DNA of 64,000 nucleotides, taken from the IMG/VR virus record IMGVR_UViG_3300043548_000582, positions 25,235 through 89,234 of that record. One strand, 5' to 3'. Below, piece after piece: positions 19,158-29,265 of this stretch. This stretch comes from a virus. Positions within the stretch are counted from its first letter, which is position 1. Every line of letters begins with the position of its first letter. A program made the translations under genes and the position numbers. The notes below the pieces were generated by a model, which ran no database searches, had not been told where the DNA came from, and saw only the letters and a program-made list of their open reading frames with translations.

Positions 19158-21862
19158 AGAGTTAATTCTTCGTTTATCAATGATACTGGTCCTGATGATA
19201 GATAAACATTCAGTATAGTGCTATAATTAGTTGTGAATAGGTTTGAGTAACTCTCAAACGATCCAAAATACACATCGTGTTTCAAGAATGACACATTCGG
19301 ATTAATGATGAAATCATATTCATTCAATGCGATCATTTCATTTTGATCTTTTATCAAAAACGAGATGTTGTATATATTATTGGTGCTATTATACACCAGA
19401 ACTGGTTTATCTACAATATCAAACCGAACATTGCCACCAGAAACACTGAAAAATTGAGTGTTTGAAGTGTAATCTGTGTCATTTATTGGGAATATTTTCA
19501 AGTTTTTACTTGTCAACGTATCATACTTATAAATCTCTGGATATATGATGTAATTATTTGTTGAGATTGTCGGAGTTGTACTGTTGAGAACACAATAATA
19601 TACATCGGTTCCCACTTTAAATCTATTCGACAGTTGATTTACATCATTTGTTGAGTGTTCGATCACATAAGCTGTCGTATTTGGATTTACGAAACTTGAA
19701 TTTTCATATTTTATCTTTTCGAAAATGAGATAATTGTCGGTTTCGATGGATAGTGTATCATATGCAATCTCAAATTTATTAACGCTTGATAATTGAGCGA
19801 ATACAGCGGAATTGTACTTGGAACTGAGATAAGAAAATTCACTCAGAAGAGCTGATACTCTATTGGTAGAGCCGTTTCTCACAAAAATCTTACCATTCAA
19901 GTCAATTCTGTCGTTGTAAGTGTTTCTATCAAAAGAATCCACTTCAAATGAGGTAGCATTATCGGTTTGATTGATATATGTGTAATTTACTTTATCAAAT
20001 TGATAATCATAGACAAATTCTGTTGTAAATTTACCTCCATCCACATTCAAGACTGAATTTCCAGAAAGTGGTCGTAGTGTTTGTGTAAAATCGGCTGTTA
20101 ATGTTGGATAAGCGGCATCTAAAAGAGCGCGTTGGAGCGGTGATTTCGTATTTAACGCAGCTTCAAACAGAGTATTGTAGTAATACACTCCAGAACCCGG
20201 AAAACTGTTTAAATCGGAGTTTATAGGATCACTTAGAAACTCCGTATCATTTTTCATGAAGAGTCCGCCATCTCTTATTTTAAATGAAGGTTTTAAATTG
20301 GACTCCGTTGGCGCTTTTAATTCTTGATAAGGTGAGAAAAACCTGAAGAAGAGGGTCCAAGCACCTGAAGTTGAAGAAAATGAATTGGTGTATGATGATA
20401 ACCCAGATCTTATTGTTTCGGTATATGATGTATCATCATATGTGAAATAATTAAAAGCATATTCTTCACCATATAAATCATCGTAGAACTGATAACCATT
20501 TAATATCAGACTTTTGATGTATGATGGTGTCCTTACTTGGATGTTTGATTTGAAATTGTCGTCTATTTTAAATAGACCAAACTTATTTCCATACACATCT
20601 CCTTTTTGATCTGCAATATATCCAGATTCGAATATTGATTCGAATGATTGATCAAACGAATCGGATTTCTCAGCAACATATCCGTAGTATTTTGTATCTG
20701 ATTTATTAGATATCGCTTGATTGACAGCGTTTCCAGATGATGTGTTTCGTTTTAGATATTCACCATCTACGAAAAATGTCAAAACCTCATCATTACTTCC
20801 AAATATGTTTGGATCAGGGAAAAAGTATAACGAATTTGGTTGTAAATTGGCGGTATTTATTAAAAACGATTCGTTTTTACCATCTACAAAGACAATACTT
20901 GTTTTACTTGGCTTGAAGAACCCCAAGTCTTCTTTAGTTATTAAAGATCCTTTGTGTGTGGATGCTGTCGTCGGGTAGTTTCGGTTTAATACATTGCCGC
21001 TTTTAGCAGAAGCTTTGAAAAGCTGACCTGATACAAAATCGGTTGATGTCGAACCAGTTGAAATGTAATAAAAATCACTACTGACGCTCTTTTCAGTTAG
21101 TTTTCTTTTATTATCAAAGAGCTGATCAACTTCTTTCAGAGCTTTAATTTCATCCGATACACCTACAAATACTTCAGAAATCAATTCTTCATTTGATTTA
21201 AGGAAAATGTTTTGATTATAATCCAAGTCCTTGTAATCATATACATATTGATCAGGGGTTTGATCGAAATATGTGCCATATACATTGTATAGCTCTTCAA
21301 TATCAATTTTCAGCTTTGTTTTTATCGCTTCGATATCATATTCTATTGGTCCAAGCTCTTGATTTTCTAAGAATTCGAGGGTTTTTTCAAAAATTACCTT
21401 TTCAACTCCAAGTACGCTACCCTTTAGCTTTTTTCTAGTTATTTCGTATTTTACATCACTTCTTTTAGAATTGTAATATTTGCAAATATCTACAAGTTTT
21501 CTACTGTAAAACCCTAAAACTGTATCAAGATCGTACTCATCATTGAAATCAATCTTGGAAATGAATTCTTTTTCTTCCAGAGTTGTATATTTCAGATTTA
21601 TATCCTTTATAAACTCTCTGTATTTCTCAACTATCAGGTTGTTTTCCGTGGAATTTGAGTTTTTCTTTTTGGTATTCCAACGCTTCAAGTATTCATTGTA
21701 ATACGTTTGTAATACATCGGGTTCAAAGCTTATCGAAACGGTTTTGATAAACAATAAAAACGACATTGGAGTACTAACATCCAATGCATTAATTTCTAAA
21801 ACGTTTGGGTTTGTTATACTCTTTGGTACTTCGGGATACCCGTACTGTAGCGTCGATGACAT
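19154..21862 (-). CDS. large putative baseplate structural protein
   Basis: 902 aa; TAAATA at 21869-21874. Confidence 0.6.
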   Translation of the reverse strand: MSSTLQYGYPEVPKSITNPNVLEINALDVSTPMSFLLFIKTVSISFEPDVLQTYYNEYLKRWNTKKKNSNSTENNLIVEKYREFIKDINLKYTTLEEKEFISKIDFNDEYDLDTVLGFYSRKLVDICKYYNSKRSDVKYEITRKKLKGSVLGVEKVIFEKTLEFLENQELGPIEYDIEAIKTKLKIDIEELYNVYGTYFDQTPDQYVYDYKDLDYNQNIFLKSNEELISEVFVGVSDEIKALKEVDQLFDNKRKLTEKSVSSDFYYISTGSTSTDFVSGQLFKASAKSGNVLNRNYPTTASTHKGSLITKEDLGFFKPSKTSIVFVDGKNESFLINTANLQPNSLYFFPDPNIFGSNDEVLTFFVDGEYLKRNTSSGNAVNQAISNKSDTKYYGYVAEKSDSFDQSFESIFESGYIADQKGDVYGNKFGLFKIDDNFKSNIQVRTPSYIKSLILNGYQFYDDLYGEEYAFNYFTYDDTSYTETIRSGLSSYTNSFSSTSGAWTLFFRFFSPYQELKAPTESNLKPSFKIRDGGLFMKNDTEFLSDPINSDLNSFPGSGVYYYNTLFEAALNTKSPLQRALLDAAYPTLTADFTQTLRPLSGNSVLNVDGGKFTTEFVYDYQFDKVNYTYINQTDNATSFEVDSFDRNTYNDRIDLNGKIFVRNGSTNRVSALLSEFSYLSSKYNSAVFAQLSSVNKFEIAYDTLSIETDNYLIFEKIKYENSSFVNPNTTAYVIEHSTNDVNQLSNRFKVGTDVYYCVLNSTTPTISTNNYIIYPEIYKYDTLTSKNLKIFPINDTDYTSNTQFFSVSGGNVRFDIVDKPVLVYNSTNNIYNISFLIKDQNEMIALNEYDFIINPNVSFLKHDVYFGSFESYSNLFTTNYSTILNVYLSSGPVSLINEELTL

Positions 21863-21895
21863 TGATAATATTTACTTGTCAGATGCCGACTTTGA

Positions 21896-24022
21896 TCATA
21901 TTGACAAAGATTGATAAAGAGAATCCAAGAACATATTATTAAACACGCCATCCGAAGCAAATAAATAAGAATTATCAACTGTCGGACCAAGTATTGTTGT
22001 TTTTGAATTTTCGAAATTTATGATGTTATCAGTCACGGTGCCATCATAACCATCAACATATTCAAAAAACACATAATATTTTTCGAAATCTTGTGGGCTG
22101 AATGATGATGGCAGAACGAGCGGCCAACCCCAGTCTGATGTATATTGAGACAAGTTGTATGTTTGTCCTGATCCAGCACACAGCGGTTGATATGTATTCA
22201 GCAATGTGTAAGAATTGCTGAATTTCTCCAGAGCAACGATTGGAGTTCCAGCGGTTATGGTATAAGTCAGTGTATCTATCTGATCACCAATGTTCGTTCC
22301 ATATTTGTCTTTTTGAGTGTATCCTCTGGTATCGAAATTTTGATTGAATTTATTCGTTGTTCCGATTAGTTTGTTTAGACTGACAGATGCCAGATTCGCA
22401 ATTCGATCTATGTCTTCAGGATAATTCGTGGATGCTCTGTTGAATACAAGCTCTTCATTATCAACAAGCCTCATATCTGAAATAAGAGCCTGAATGTTTT
22501 TAGTGTCGATATCTGTATTGTTTGCTATGAAGTTTGCTATCTTTTCATAAGTCTTGACACCTATTGAATTGTGATCATAGTTATCAGATCCAAATATACT
22601 TCCTAAGAAATCATTAAACAGTATAGGATTGTTTTTGATTTTTTCTTGGAAAGCTAAATCGGTGAACGTTTGAGCAGCATTGAAATCCTCATTGACTTTG
22701 TATATGTCGTAATAATTATGTGAGTATATATCAAAGTAACTTGAACTTGCACTCAGTGTGAATGCTGATAGATTATCATTTGTGAGCGTTGCGACACAAG
22801 ATAACTGTACTGCTGTTGTTATCGAGCTAAGATATGGGAATTGGATATATCCTCTGAAAGATCCACCGTGATCCAGTTGATCTATAGTATAGTTTAAAGA
22901 AGATATTGTATAATACGTTGATGGTATCAATGCTGTATTCGCTACAAGTCTCTCGTTGGCTTGGGTTAATATATAGAATCCGTTATTATCGATTAGATAA
23001 TCTCCAGATAATACACTTATAGAAAGAGCCGATAATTGAATATTATTGAAGTTTTTGAGAGAATATTGAGCTGAATCTTTAACCTTTACAACAAATGGTA
23101 TCTTGCTATTGATAAATTTTGTATGATATATATCGAATGAGCTTATGGGGGTGCTTTCCCCATCGATACCATTGGATGTTATGCTGAGTCTGAACGCATC
23201 ATTGTTGGGGGTTATATTTGCACTCAGCAAGACTCCCAGATTGTTTAGGTAATCGGTTGTTTTTTCTGCAACTATTGTGTTTGTATTGCTAAACTTGAAT
23301 AATATCGATGTATTACCAACCGTATCATCTTTGTAATACACGTATTTCGTAGCTGAAGTTCCAACAAAGAATGAACCAGCATCTGTTTTAGAGCATGGAA
23401 CTATTGATCCGTTGTCAATCTTGGCGTACAATGCATCTCCTGATGTTATTTTGATATCTGGAACCTCGTAATATTGCACATTTTGTATTGCAATATTTGA
23501 TGTGGAATCAAATATGGAATATGTTGGACGTAAATGTACGAATTTATCAGATTGAATTTCGAAGAAGTTCGTACTTCCCGAATTATTCACTGAATATACA
23601 ACATTCGTTATGGGCTGATACCACGGATATGTGACATTCAAGGTCCAAGGACCGTGAATAACACTCTGTGTCAATTCCAAGTAGCCTTTATTGGATGATA
23701 GATTGGTAAATTCGAGAGTGTATGGTATGTAATCTTTAACTTCTACGTTTTGAGAATAAGACGATATCAATGCATTGTTTTGGCAGTCGAATACCAATAG
23801 ATTTACTGTGTAAACCCCCGGAAAATTGTAATATTTGATTGCTGTGAGCGCTTTTGATGTTGTACCATCACCAAAAGACCAAACAACATCTTTGTTTGGA
23901 AACAAATCCAAATCAGGTATGAACTTGAATGGTGTTGACGATAAGCTATAAGAACTCAATACATTCTCATTCTTGAAATCGTATACATCAAAAGTCGTAT
24001 ATGTTGTTTTTAAATCAGGCAT
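21896..24022 (-). CDS. PKD-domain baseplate protein
   Basis: VWSFGDGTTS..YNFPGVYTVNL; overlaps end of gp6. Confidence 0.7.
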   Translation of the reverse strand: MPDLKTTYTTFDVYDFKNENVLSSYSLSSTPFKFIPDLDLFPNKDVVWSFGDGTTSKALTAIKYYNFPGVYTVNLLVFDCQNNALISSYSQNVEVKDYIPYTLEFTNLSSNKGYLELTQSVIHGPWTLNVTYPWYQPITNVVYSVNNSGSTNFFEIQSDKFVHLRPTYSIFDSTSNIAIQNVQYYEVPDIKITSGDALYAKIDNGSIVPCSKTDAGSFFVGTSATKYVYYKDDTVGNTSILFKFSNTNTIVAEKTTDYLNNLGVLLSANITPNNDAFRLSITSNGIDGESTPISSFDIYHTKFINSKIPFVVKVKDSAQYSLKNFNNIQLSALSISVLSGDYLIDNNGFYILTQANERLVANTALIPSTYYTISSLNYTIDQLDHGGSFRGYIQFPYLSSITTAVQLSCVATLTNDNLSAFTLSASSSYFDIYSHNYYDIYKVNEDFNAAQTFTDLAFQEKIKNNPILFNDFLGSIFGSDNYDHNSIGVKTYEKIANFIANNTDIDTKNIQALISDMRLVDNEELVFNRASTNYPEDIDRIANLASVSLNKLIGTTNKFNQNFDTRGYTQKDKYGTNIGDQIDTLTYTITAGTPIVALEKFSNSYTLLNTYQPLCAGSGQTYNLSQYTSDWGWPLVLPSSFSPQDFEKYYVFFEYVDGYDGTVTDNIINFENSKTTILGPTVDNSYLFASDGVFNNMFLDSLYQSLSI

Positions 24023-25829
24023 CGATTACTTCTATTTTATTTATTAGCGATTGAGGAGAATAGAAATATGGGAATTTATAAAACGGAAGCGTTGTCGTTT
24101 GATTTACGATATCATTGTCACTATCGACATATATCGGATTCCATGATAAGAAAGATACTCCGTTGAAGAATGTATTTTCCTTTGTATTTTCCGTTCTTAT
24201 TGAAGATACACCCTCAATTCCCAATATCGATGCTGTCAAGTCTGTTAAGTTTAATGTCTGCCCCAATACGTTATTGGATGGCTTGAAAAAATTCAAGATT
24301 GTATCATTTATCTTGGATTTCAACACCCCTTTGTTGATTTTATTCGTTTTACTTCTAACAACAACGAGTTTTGATTCATCAACAACACTTCGAAGTGAAT
24401 TTATTGTACTGAATCCAATATCAAATGCCACGTAGATAGGATCTCTAGGTACAATTTCATTGGATATCATCTTTTTGTCTCTGGTGATGTCAATTATGAG
24501 ATTTTTAAATGATTCACTGAGATAATTCGGATATGTACCATCTTGCGTTACTTCAAATTTCGGCACACAGAATATGTTGACGTTGTTGAAATCACAACTA
24601 TCTGCAAAGTTGACCTGATTTATTAAAACACGGTTGACTTTATTCGGATCTACACATATGCGGTAGTAATAGTCGATGTATTCGTTTATAAATCTGTCAT
24701 TATCAACAACCTTGACAGTATTCAAGATGTTTGGTATGCTCTTGCTCAAGAATTTCTCATAGTCGGCTTCAGTTACAAGTCTGTTTTGTGCAGCGATCAG
24801 GAACGGTGCATTGTTTTTGATAGACTCAACAGTTTCAGCTTCACTTATGGTTGTTGAATTCAGAGGATTGTTGAATGTCAATGAAGGACTCAGAACAGTT
24901 GTTATGATTTGAGAGTTTGAAGATGTTGTATCCTCATAGATTTCGCTGAATGTATTTGAAGCGTATGTAAAGAGCTTATTTCCATTGATTGCGTTTTTGC
25001 TTATGATACCTTTATCACCATCGCTCAAGATATACATTATCTTAACCTCATCACCGGATTCCAGTCGTTTTCCGAATGTGTTGTTTCCGAATTTTACTTC
25101 GTAATGTCCATTTTCATTCAATCTAAGCTCATATGCTCTCTCGGTTGCATTTGAAAGATACAAGCTGTCGCTTTCTTTGTATTCATACCAAGTATCGGTA
25201 TTCACTTCCTTGACATACACGCTTATTGTACCATCTGCTATGAATCTACTGTCATTTGTGTTGACCAAGTTATCAACAACAATCGGAAGAGTTTCAAAAT
25301 CCAGACCTTCTGATGTATAAGTCGGATATTCTTGAACTGTACCTTGATATAAGATCAGATTGTTGTTGATCGAATCTATAGTTTCATTCGATGTTGTGGT
25401 TTTTTCAAAAAGTGTATCTTCCAAAACGGTGTATTGGATATTATCCACTAGAAAGTAGCTGTACTTTCTAATCATATAGCTACCAACAGCCAGATTGGAT
25501 GATGCGGTGCAGTTGATTGGAACAATTGATGTTTGTCTGCCTGTAGGCTTGTATCCTATCAGTTTAACAATACGATTCATGTTCTCATAAATCGAAGCCT
25601 GATCAAAAAGCGATTCTGAGCTATTTTGATTCAAATAAAACATCAATACATGTGTGTAATATGCCAATATCTCGATGAGAAACGACATGTTACTACCTTC
25701 ATAATTTTGATCTGTGAATGTTGAGTTCTCATTCAGTCTCTGGATTATGAAATTCTTTAAAGAAACAGCATCGAAATTGATGTATGCGTTTTGTGGAAGA
25801 TTATATTCCAATGTATCTTTATCGCTCAT
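24015..25829 (-). CDS. 6: baseplate wedge subunit gp6
   Basis: FTD.NYEGSN...LAY, IVKLIGYKP, YEVKFGN..FGK, ETVESIK.NAP...AQNRLVT..DY. Confidence 0.92.
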   Translation of the reverse strand: MSDKDTLEYNLPQNAYINFDAVSLKNFIIQRLNENSTFTDQNYEGSNMSFLIEILAYYTHVLMFYLNQNSSESLFDQASIYENMNRIVKLIGYKPTGRQTSIVPINCTASSNLAVGSYMIRKYSYFLVDNIQYTVLEDTLFEKTTTSNETIDSINNNLILYQGTVQEYPTYTSEGLDFETLPIVVDNLVNTNDSRFIADGTISVYVKEVNTDTWYEYKESDSLYLSNATERAYELRLNENGHYEVKFGNNTFGKRLESGDEVKIMYILSDGDKGIISKNAINGNKLFTYASNTFSEIYEDTTSSNSQIITTVLSPSLTFNNPLNSTTISEAETVESIKNNAPFLIAAQNRLVTEADYEKFLSKSIPNILNTVKVVDNDRFINEYIDYYYRICVDPNKVNRVLINQVNFADSCDFNNVNIFCVPKFEVTQDGTYPNYLSESFKNLIIDITRDKKMISNEIVPRDPIYVAFDIGFSTINSLRSVVDESKLVVVRSKTNKINKGVLKSKINDTILNFFKPSNNVLGQTLNLTDLTASILGIEGVSSIRTENTKENTFFNGVSFLSWNPIYVDSDNDIVNQTTTLPFYKFPYFYSPQSLINKIEVIDA

Positions 25830-25843
25830 TAAGAAATATTTAA

Positions 25844-26329
25844 TCAGGAGATCGTGTAACCCGTTGCGGCGAGTTCTGATTTTATACTCAATCCGTAAAC
25901 ATCCAACGAAGGCACATCAATTTTAAGTTCGATGTTGTATTGATTATTATCTTCATCTGCAACAACCACAACATCTTGCAGTGTTATTCTGGGTTCCATC
26001 AAAGGAAGCTTCGTTTCAATGTCATCTTGTATCAATTCCGTTGTGAAATCGTCGATTGGCTCGAAGAGATATTGTCTTAAATCGACACCGTAAGTCGGAT
26101 TGAGTAGTTTTTCTCCGGGTGAAGTGAGTAATGCATTTACAATGCTATTTTTAACAGCTTCTATGTCAAAAAGAGCTTGTACATCTTTCAATACTTCATT
26201 TCGATTGAGTTGACTGTTGTAACTATAGGATGGAGATAAATCCAATGCTATATCTTTGTATAAAAACCCGCTTTCAAGCGCTTTTTTAGATACTGCTGGT
26301 GCTTCTAGTGATTTTATCTTAATAGCCAT
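25844..26329 (-). CDS. 25: baseplate wedge subunit gp25
   Basis: YKDI, AVKNSIVN.LLT.PGEK..NP.YG..L..YLFEP, EPRI. Confidence 0.92.
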   Translation of the reverse strand: MAIKIKSLEAPAVSKKALESGFLYKDIALDLSPSYSYNSQLNRNEVLKDVQALFDIEAVKNSIVNALLTSPGEKLLNPTYGVDLRQYLFEPIDDFTTELIQDDIETKLPLMEPRITLQDVVVVADEDNNQYNIELKIDVPSLDVYGLSIKSELAATGYTIS

Positions 26330-26351
26330 CGTTAATATTTAACAGATGGAC

Positions 26352-28160
26352 TCAATCAGATTTCTTTTTGCGTTTTTCCCAGCTAACTCTTTTAGAGCTT
26401 TTCTTTTTATACATTCGGCCTTTGATTTTATTGCATTCAGCTTTTGTTGCCCTACAAGCTGGATAACTTCCTTTTGAAGTGTCATTTCTTCCACAAGGAC
26501 CGCCTGTTTTGCAATTAATCCAACCTCTGAATTTGCGACCTTTTTTATCTGTTTGAGGAGCGAACCAATCACGAAGATTTTCAAGTAGTTCCAATTGAGT
26601 AAATTTGCGGTTTTCTTTTAGCATGGATTTGGCCTTTTTGATACGGCTTTCTTCCATAGCTTCTTCTATATCTTCGCTAGAAAATTCAACCCCGTTTTTT
26701 TGTGGAGAGCAATCGAAAGTTCCTTCTACGCTACTTGGAGCACCTTCTAAACTAGTTAAATTGTTGCCGCTGCAATCGAAATATCCTCCAACACTACTTG
26801 GAGCACCTTTTAAACTAGTTAAATTGTTGTAGCTGCAATCGAAAATTCCTTCTACACTATCTGGAGCACCTTTTAAACTAGTTAAATTGTTTTTTTTGCA
26901 ATAGAAACCCTCTCCAACACTACTTGGAGCACCTTCTAAACTAGTTAAATTGTTGTCGTCGCAATAGAAACCCTCTCCAACACTACTTGGAGCACCTTCT
27001 AAACTAGTTAAATTGTTGCCACCACAATCGAAAATTCCTTCTACACTATCTGGAGTACCTTCCAAACTAGTTAAATTGTTGTTGTTGCAATGGAAATTTC
27101 CTTCTACGCTACTTGGTATATTCTCAGGCAACTTAATAATAAACAATTTGCTAAGATTAAAATAACCCTCAGCGACACGATCATATGCTTCTTTTTGACC
27201 TTCATTAATACGATCTTTGATTTTTTGAACATTTATATCATGTTTATTAAATTTATAGTACTGGGTGGTATCCAACTGATCATAAGATATTTCTCTTGTT
27301 TTAACATATCTCTGAACTTGATTCGGTTTTAAAGAATCTGCCTGATGTGGAGTTAAATTAGGACCAATTGATAAAAATTCATTTATTAAGTATGAATCTA
27401 ACACATCAAAAATATCATCAGGCAAATTAATAGTCGATTTCAGAAGTTTTGATTGTGTTTGATAATCAACCGATTTAAACTTTTCAAGGGTTGGTTCTCT
27501 AGTAAAATCTTCAATAGTTTCGATTTCTTTTTTTTCAGAATCGTCCAGTTTTTTATTTACAAGTAATTTTTCATACGGTTTTAATTCAGGATATTTTGAA
27601 ACAATTTCATCCCAACCACCTTCAACATGTTTTGTATTATTATTTTTAAATGTCCACATGTATCCATTTTTTGTATGATCCAATACCATTATATGGTCAT
27701 TTTCAGTTACTGGTTTTTTCTTAAAGTAAATAAAGTAAAATGTTGACTCTTGGCCAAGTCTATAGTTGGAATACATATTACCACCAGCGGATCGAGATAT
27801 ACAAAAAGTGTATCCTCTCCCGTATAATATACACTTATCTTGTGAATCACCTCTATAAATAACTACATTTTCGTCTTCGGCTACGATATCATCTTGTTGA
27901 ACATCAATTTCGACTTTTTTCTGATCTCCCTTCTTAACATTTCTTTTACCTTCAGCAGCATCAACTGCTTGCTCAAGCTCTTGGAATGTTTTGTATTGAA
28001 ATGGATCTTTCTTTTCAAGTGCGTTTTTAAATATTTCAAATTTATCCAAATAAAAGCGAACGGTTTGTTCTTCAGTATCAGAAAATTTCGCTATTAATTT
28101 TTTAATAGCTCCTTCGCTGAATTCTAATAAAAGATTAGTATACAATTCGTTGAAATTCAT
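26352..28160 (-). CDS. multidomain protein: CTS-like N-terminus, unknown domain, 21-aa LRRs, basic Cys-rich C-terminal domain
   Basis: MNFNELY..LLE; G..FCISR; six NNLTSL.GAP..V.G.F.C repeats; LRDWF..GWINCKTGGPCGR..YPAC. Confidence 0.8.
   Translation of the reverse strand: MNFNELYTNLLLEFSEGAIKKLIAKFSDTEEQTVRFYLDKFEIFKNALEKKDPFQYKTFQELEQAVDAAEGKRNVKKGDQKKVEIDVQQDDIVAEDENVVIYRGDSQDKCILYGRGYTFCISRSAGGNMYSNYRLGQESTFYFIYFKKKPVTENDHIMVLDHTKNGYMWTFKNNNTKHVEGGWDEIVSKYPELKPYEKLLVNKKLDDSEKKEIETIEDFTREPTLEKFKSVDYQTQSKLLKSTINLPDDIFDVLDSYLINEFLSIGPNLTPHQADSLKPNQVQRYVKTREISYDQLDTTQYYKFNKHDINVQKIKDRINEGQKEAYDRVAEGYFNLSKLFIIKLPENIPSSVEGNFHCNNNNLTSLEGTPDSVEGIFDCGGNNLTSLEGAPSSVGEGFYCDDNNLTSLEGAPSSVGEGFYCKKNNLTSLKGAPDSVEGIFDCSYNNLTSLKGAPSSVGGYFDCSGNNLTSLEGAPSSVEGTFDCSPQKNGVEFSSEDIEEAMEESRIKKAKSMLKENRKFTQLELLENLRDWFAPQTDKKGRKFRGWINCKTGGPCGRNDTSKGSYPACRATKAECNKIKGRMYKKKSSKRVSWEKRKKKSD
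26710..27113 (-). repeat. 63-bp tandem repeat (about 6.4 copies) encoding leucine-rich repeats
   Basis: ACTAGTTAAATTG recurs at 26751, 26814 and onward at 63-nt spacing. Confidence 0.95.
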
Positions 28161-28161
28161 A

Positions 28162-28347
28162 TTAATTCATTTTTCCTTTTCTTTTAACGCACTTCTGAAC
28201 GTAACCACTGGCATAAGCACTAGGCCAGACATCGTACTTAGCTTTCGCTTTTGCTTGACACTTAGATCTTAAAGGAGATACCTTTTTCTTCTTTTTCTTT
28301 GAAAATTTTTCAAGAAGAATATTGTAAAGTTCGTTAAATTCGTTCAT
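28162..28347 (-). CDS. small basic protein (WPSAYASG family)
   Basis: MNEFNELYNILLE + Lys-rich C..KAKAKYDVWPSAYASG. Confidence 0.75.
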   Translation of the reverse strand: MNEFNELYNILLEKFSKKKKKKVSPLRSKCQAKAKAKYDVWPSAYASGYVQKCVKRKGKMN

Positions 28348-28460
28348 AATTTGGTTATAGTATTACAACTATTCCTATTTAACACAATTGAAGTCTGCAT
28401 TATAAAAAATAATATAGCAAAAGTTTATTTAATACCAATCTTCACATGCTAAATAATGGT

Positions 28461-29258
28461 ATGGATAATAAATATTATGTCTATGGTTTATATGAAGAAG
28501 GAAACGAATTTCCATTTTATATCGGTAAGGGTAGTGGTAGACGAGTTGAACGATATGCTCTAGATGATACTAGACATGGGTATATGCTAATATGCAAATT
28601 TAAAAATTTAAAAAATAAAAATATTAAATTGGAGCGCAAAATATTACATGATGGGTTATCTGAAAGTGAATCATTGAAAATTGAAATGGATTTAATAAAG
28701 CACTACGGTAAACGATGTGATAATACTGGGATATTGTTTAATTTTACAGATGGTGGAAATCAACCACCATCTGTTGAGGTAGTTCGAAAATTATACGGAG
28801 AAGAAAAATATATTCAAATGCAAATGAGACGTAATAAAACATTTTATGAAAATCATTTTGTTAAAAATTTTGAAAATATTGCAAGGGTTCAAGAATTATT
28901 AAATCAAAATTTTTTAATTAAAGAAGTCGCAGAAATTTTAGGGTTTGATAGAAATACCATTTCTCGCTGGATTAAATTGTATGATTTGAATTACGACGAC
29001 ACCAAAAAGAAGGTTTTGGAAATTGAAAGATTGGTGTCTTTTCGCGAATCTAATAGTAAAAAAGTTCAAAAAACAGCAAAAAAATATTTAGTATTATGTC
29101 CTGATGGAGATGAAGTTTGGGTATCGAAATTGGTCAATTTCTGCAAAGATAATCAATTAGATTATAGAGGATTGAGGAATACATTCAATAAACGTAAAAA
29201 GAACGGAACCCGATGTGCGTATAAGGGGTATTCTATAATAAATGTTATAGACCCCTGA
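28461..29258 (+). mobile_element. free-standing GIY-YIG homing endonuclease with HTH, inserted antisense
   Basis: YYVYGL..PFYIGKG..R, LFNFTDGG, IKEVAEILGFDRNTISRW; very AT-rich; TAAATA at 28450-28455. Confidence 0.8.
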
Positions 29259-29265
29259 TTGGATA

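Noticed and set aside
26710-27113. 63-bp repeat as a CRISPR array or a diversity-generating retroelement target
   Set aside because: The repeats are in-frame LRR codons with no unique spacers. Some variants fit A-specific changes of AAC (GAC, AGC, TAC, GGC), but AAA and GGT do not, and no reverse transcriptase or template repeat is in the window.
29224-29256. Hairpin AGGGGT..CTATAA/TTATAG..ACCCCT at the end of the endonuclease gene as a terminator
   Set aside because: It lies within the coding sequence, has a bulge and lacks a U-tract; function unsupported.
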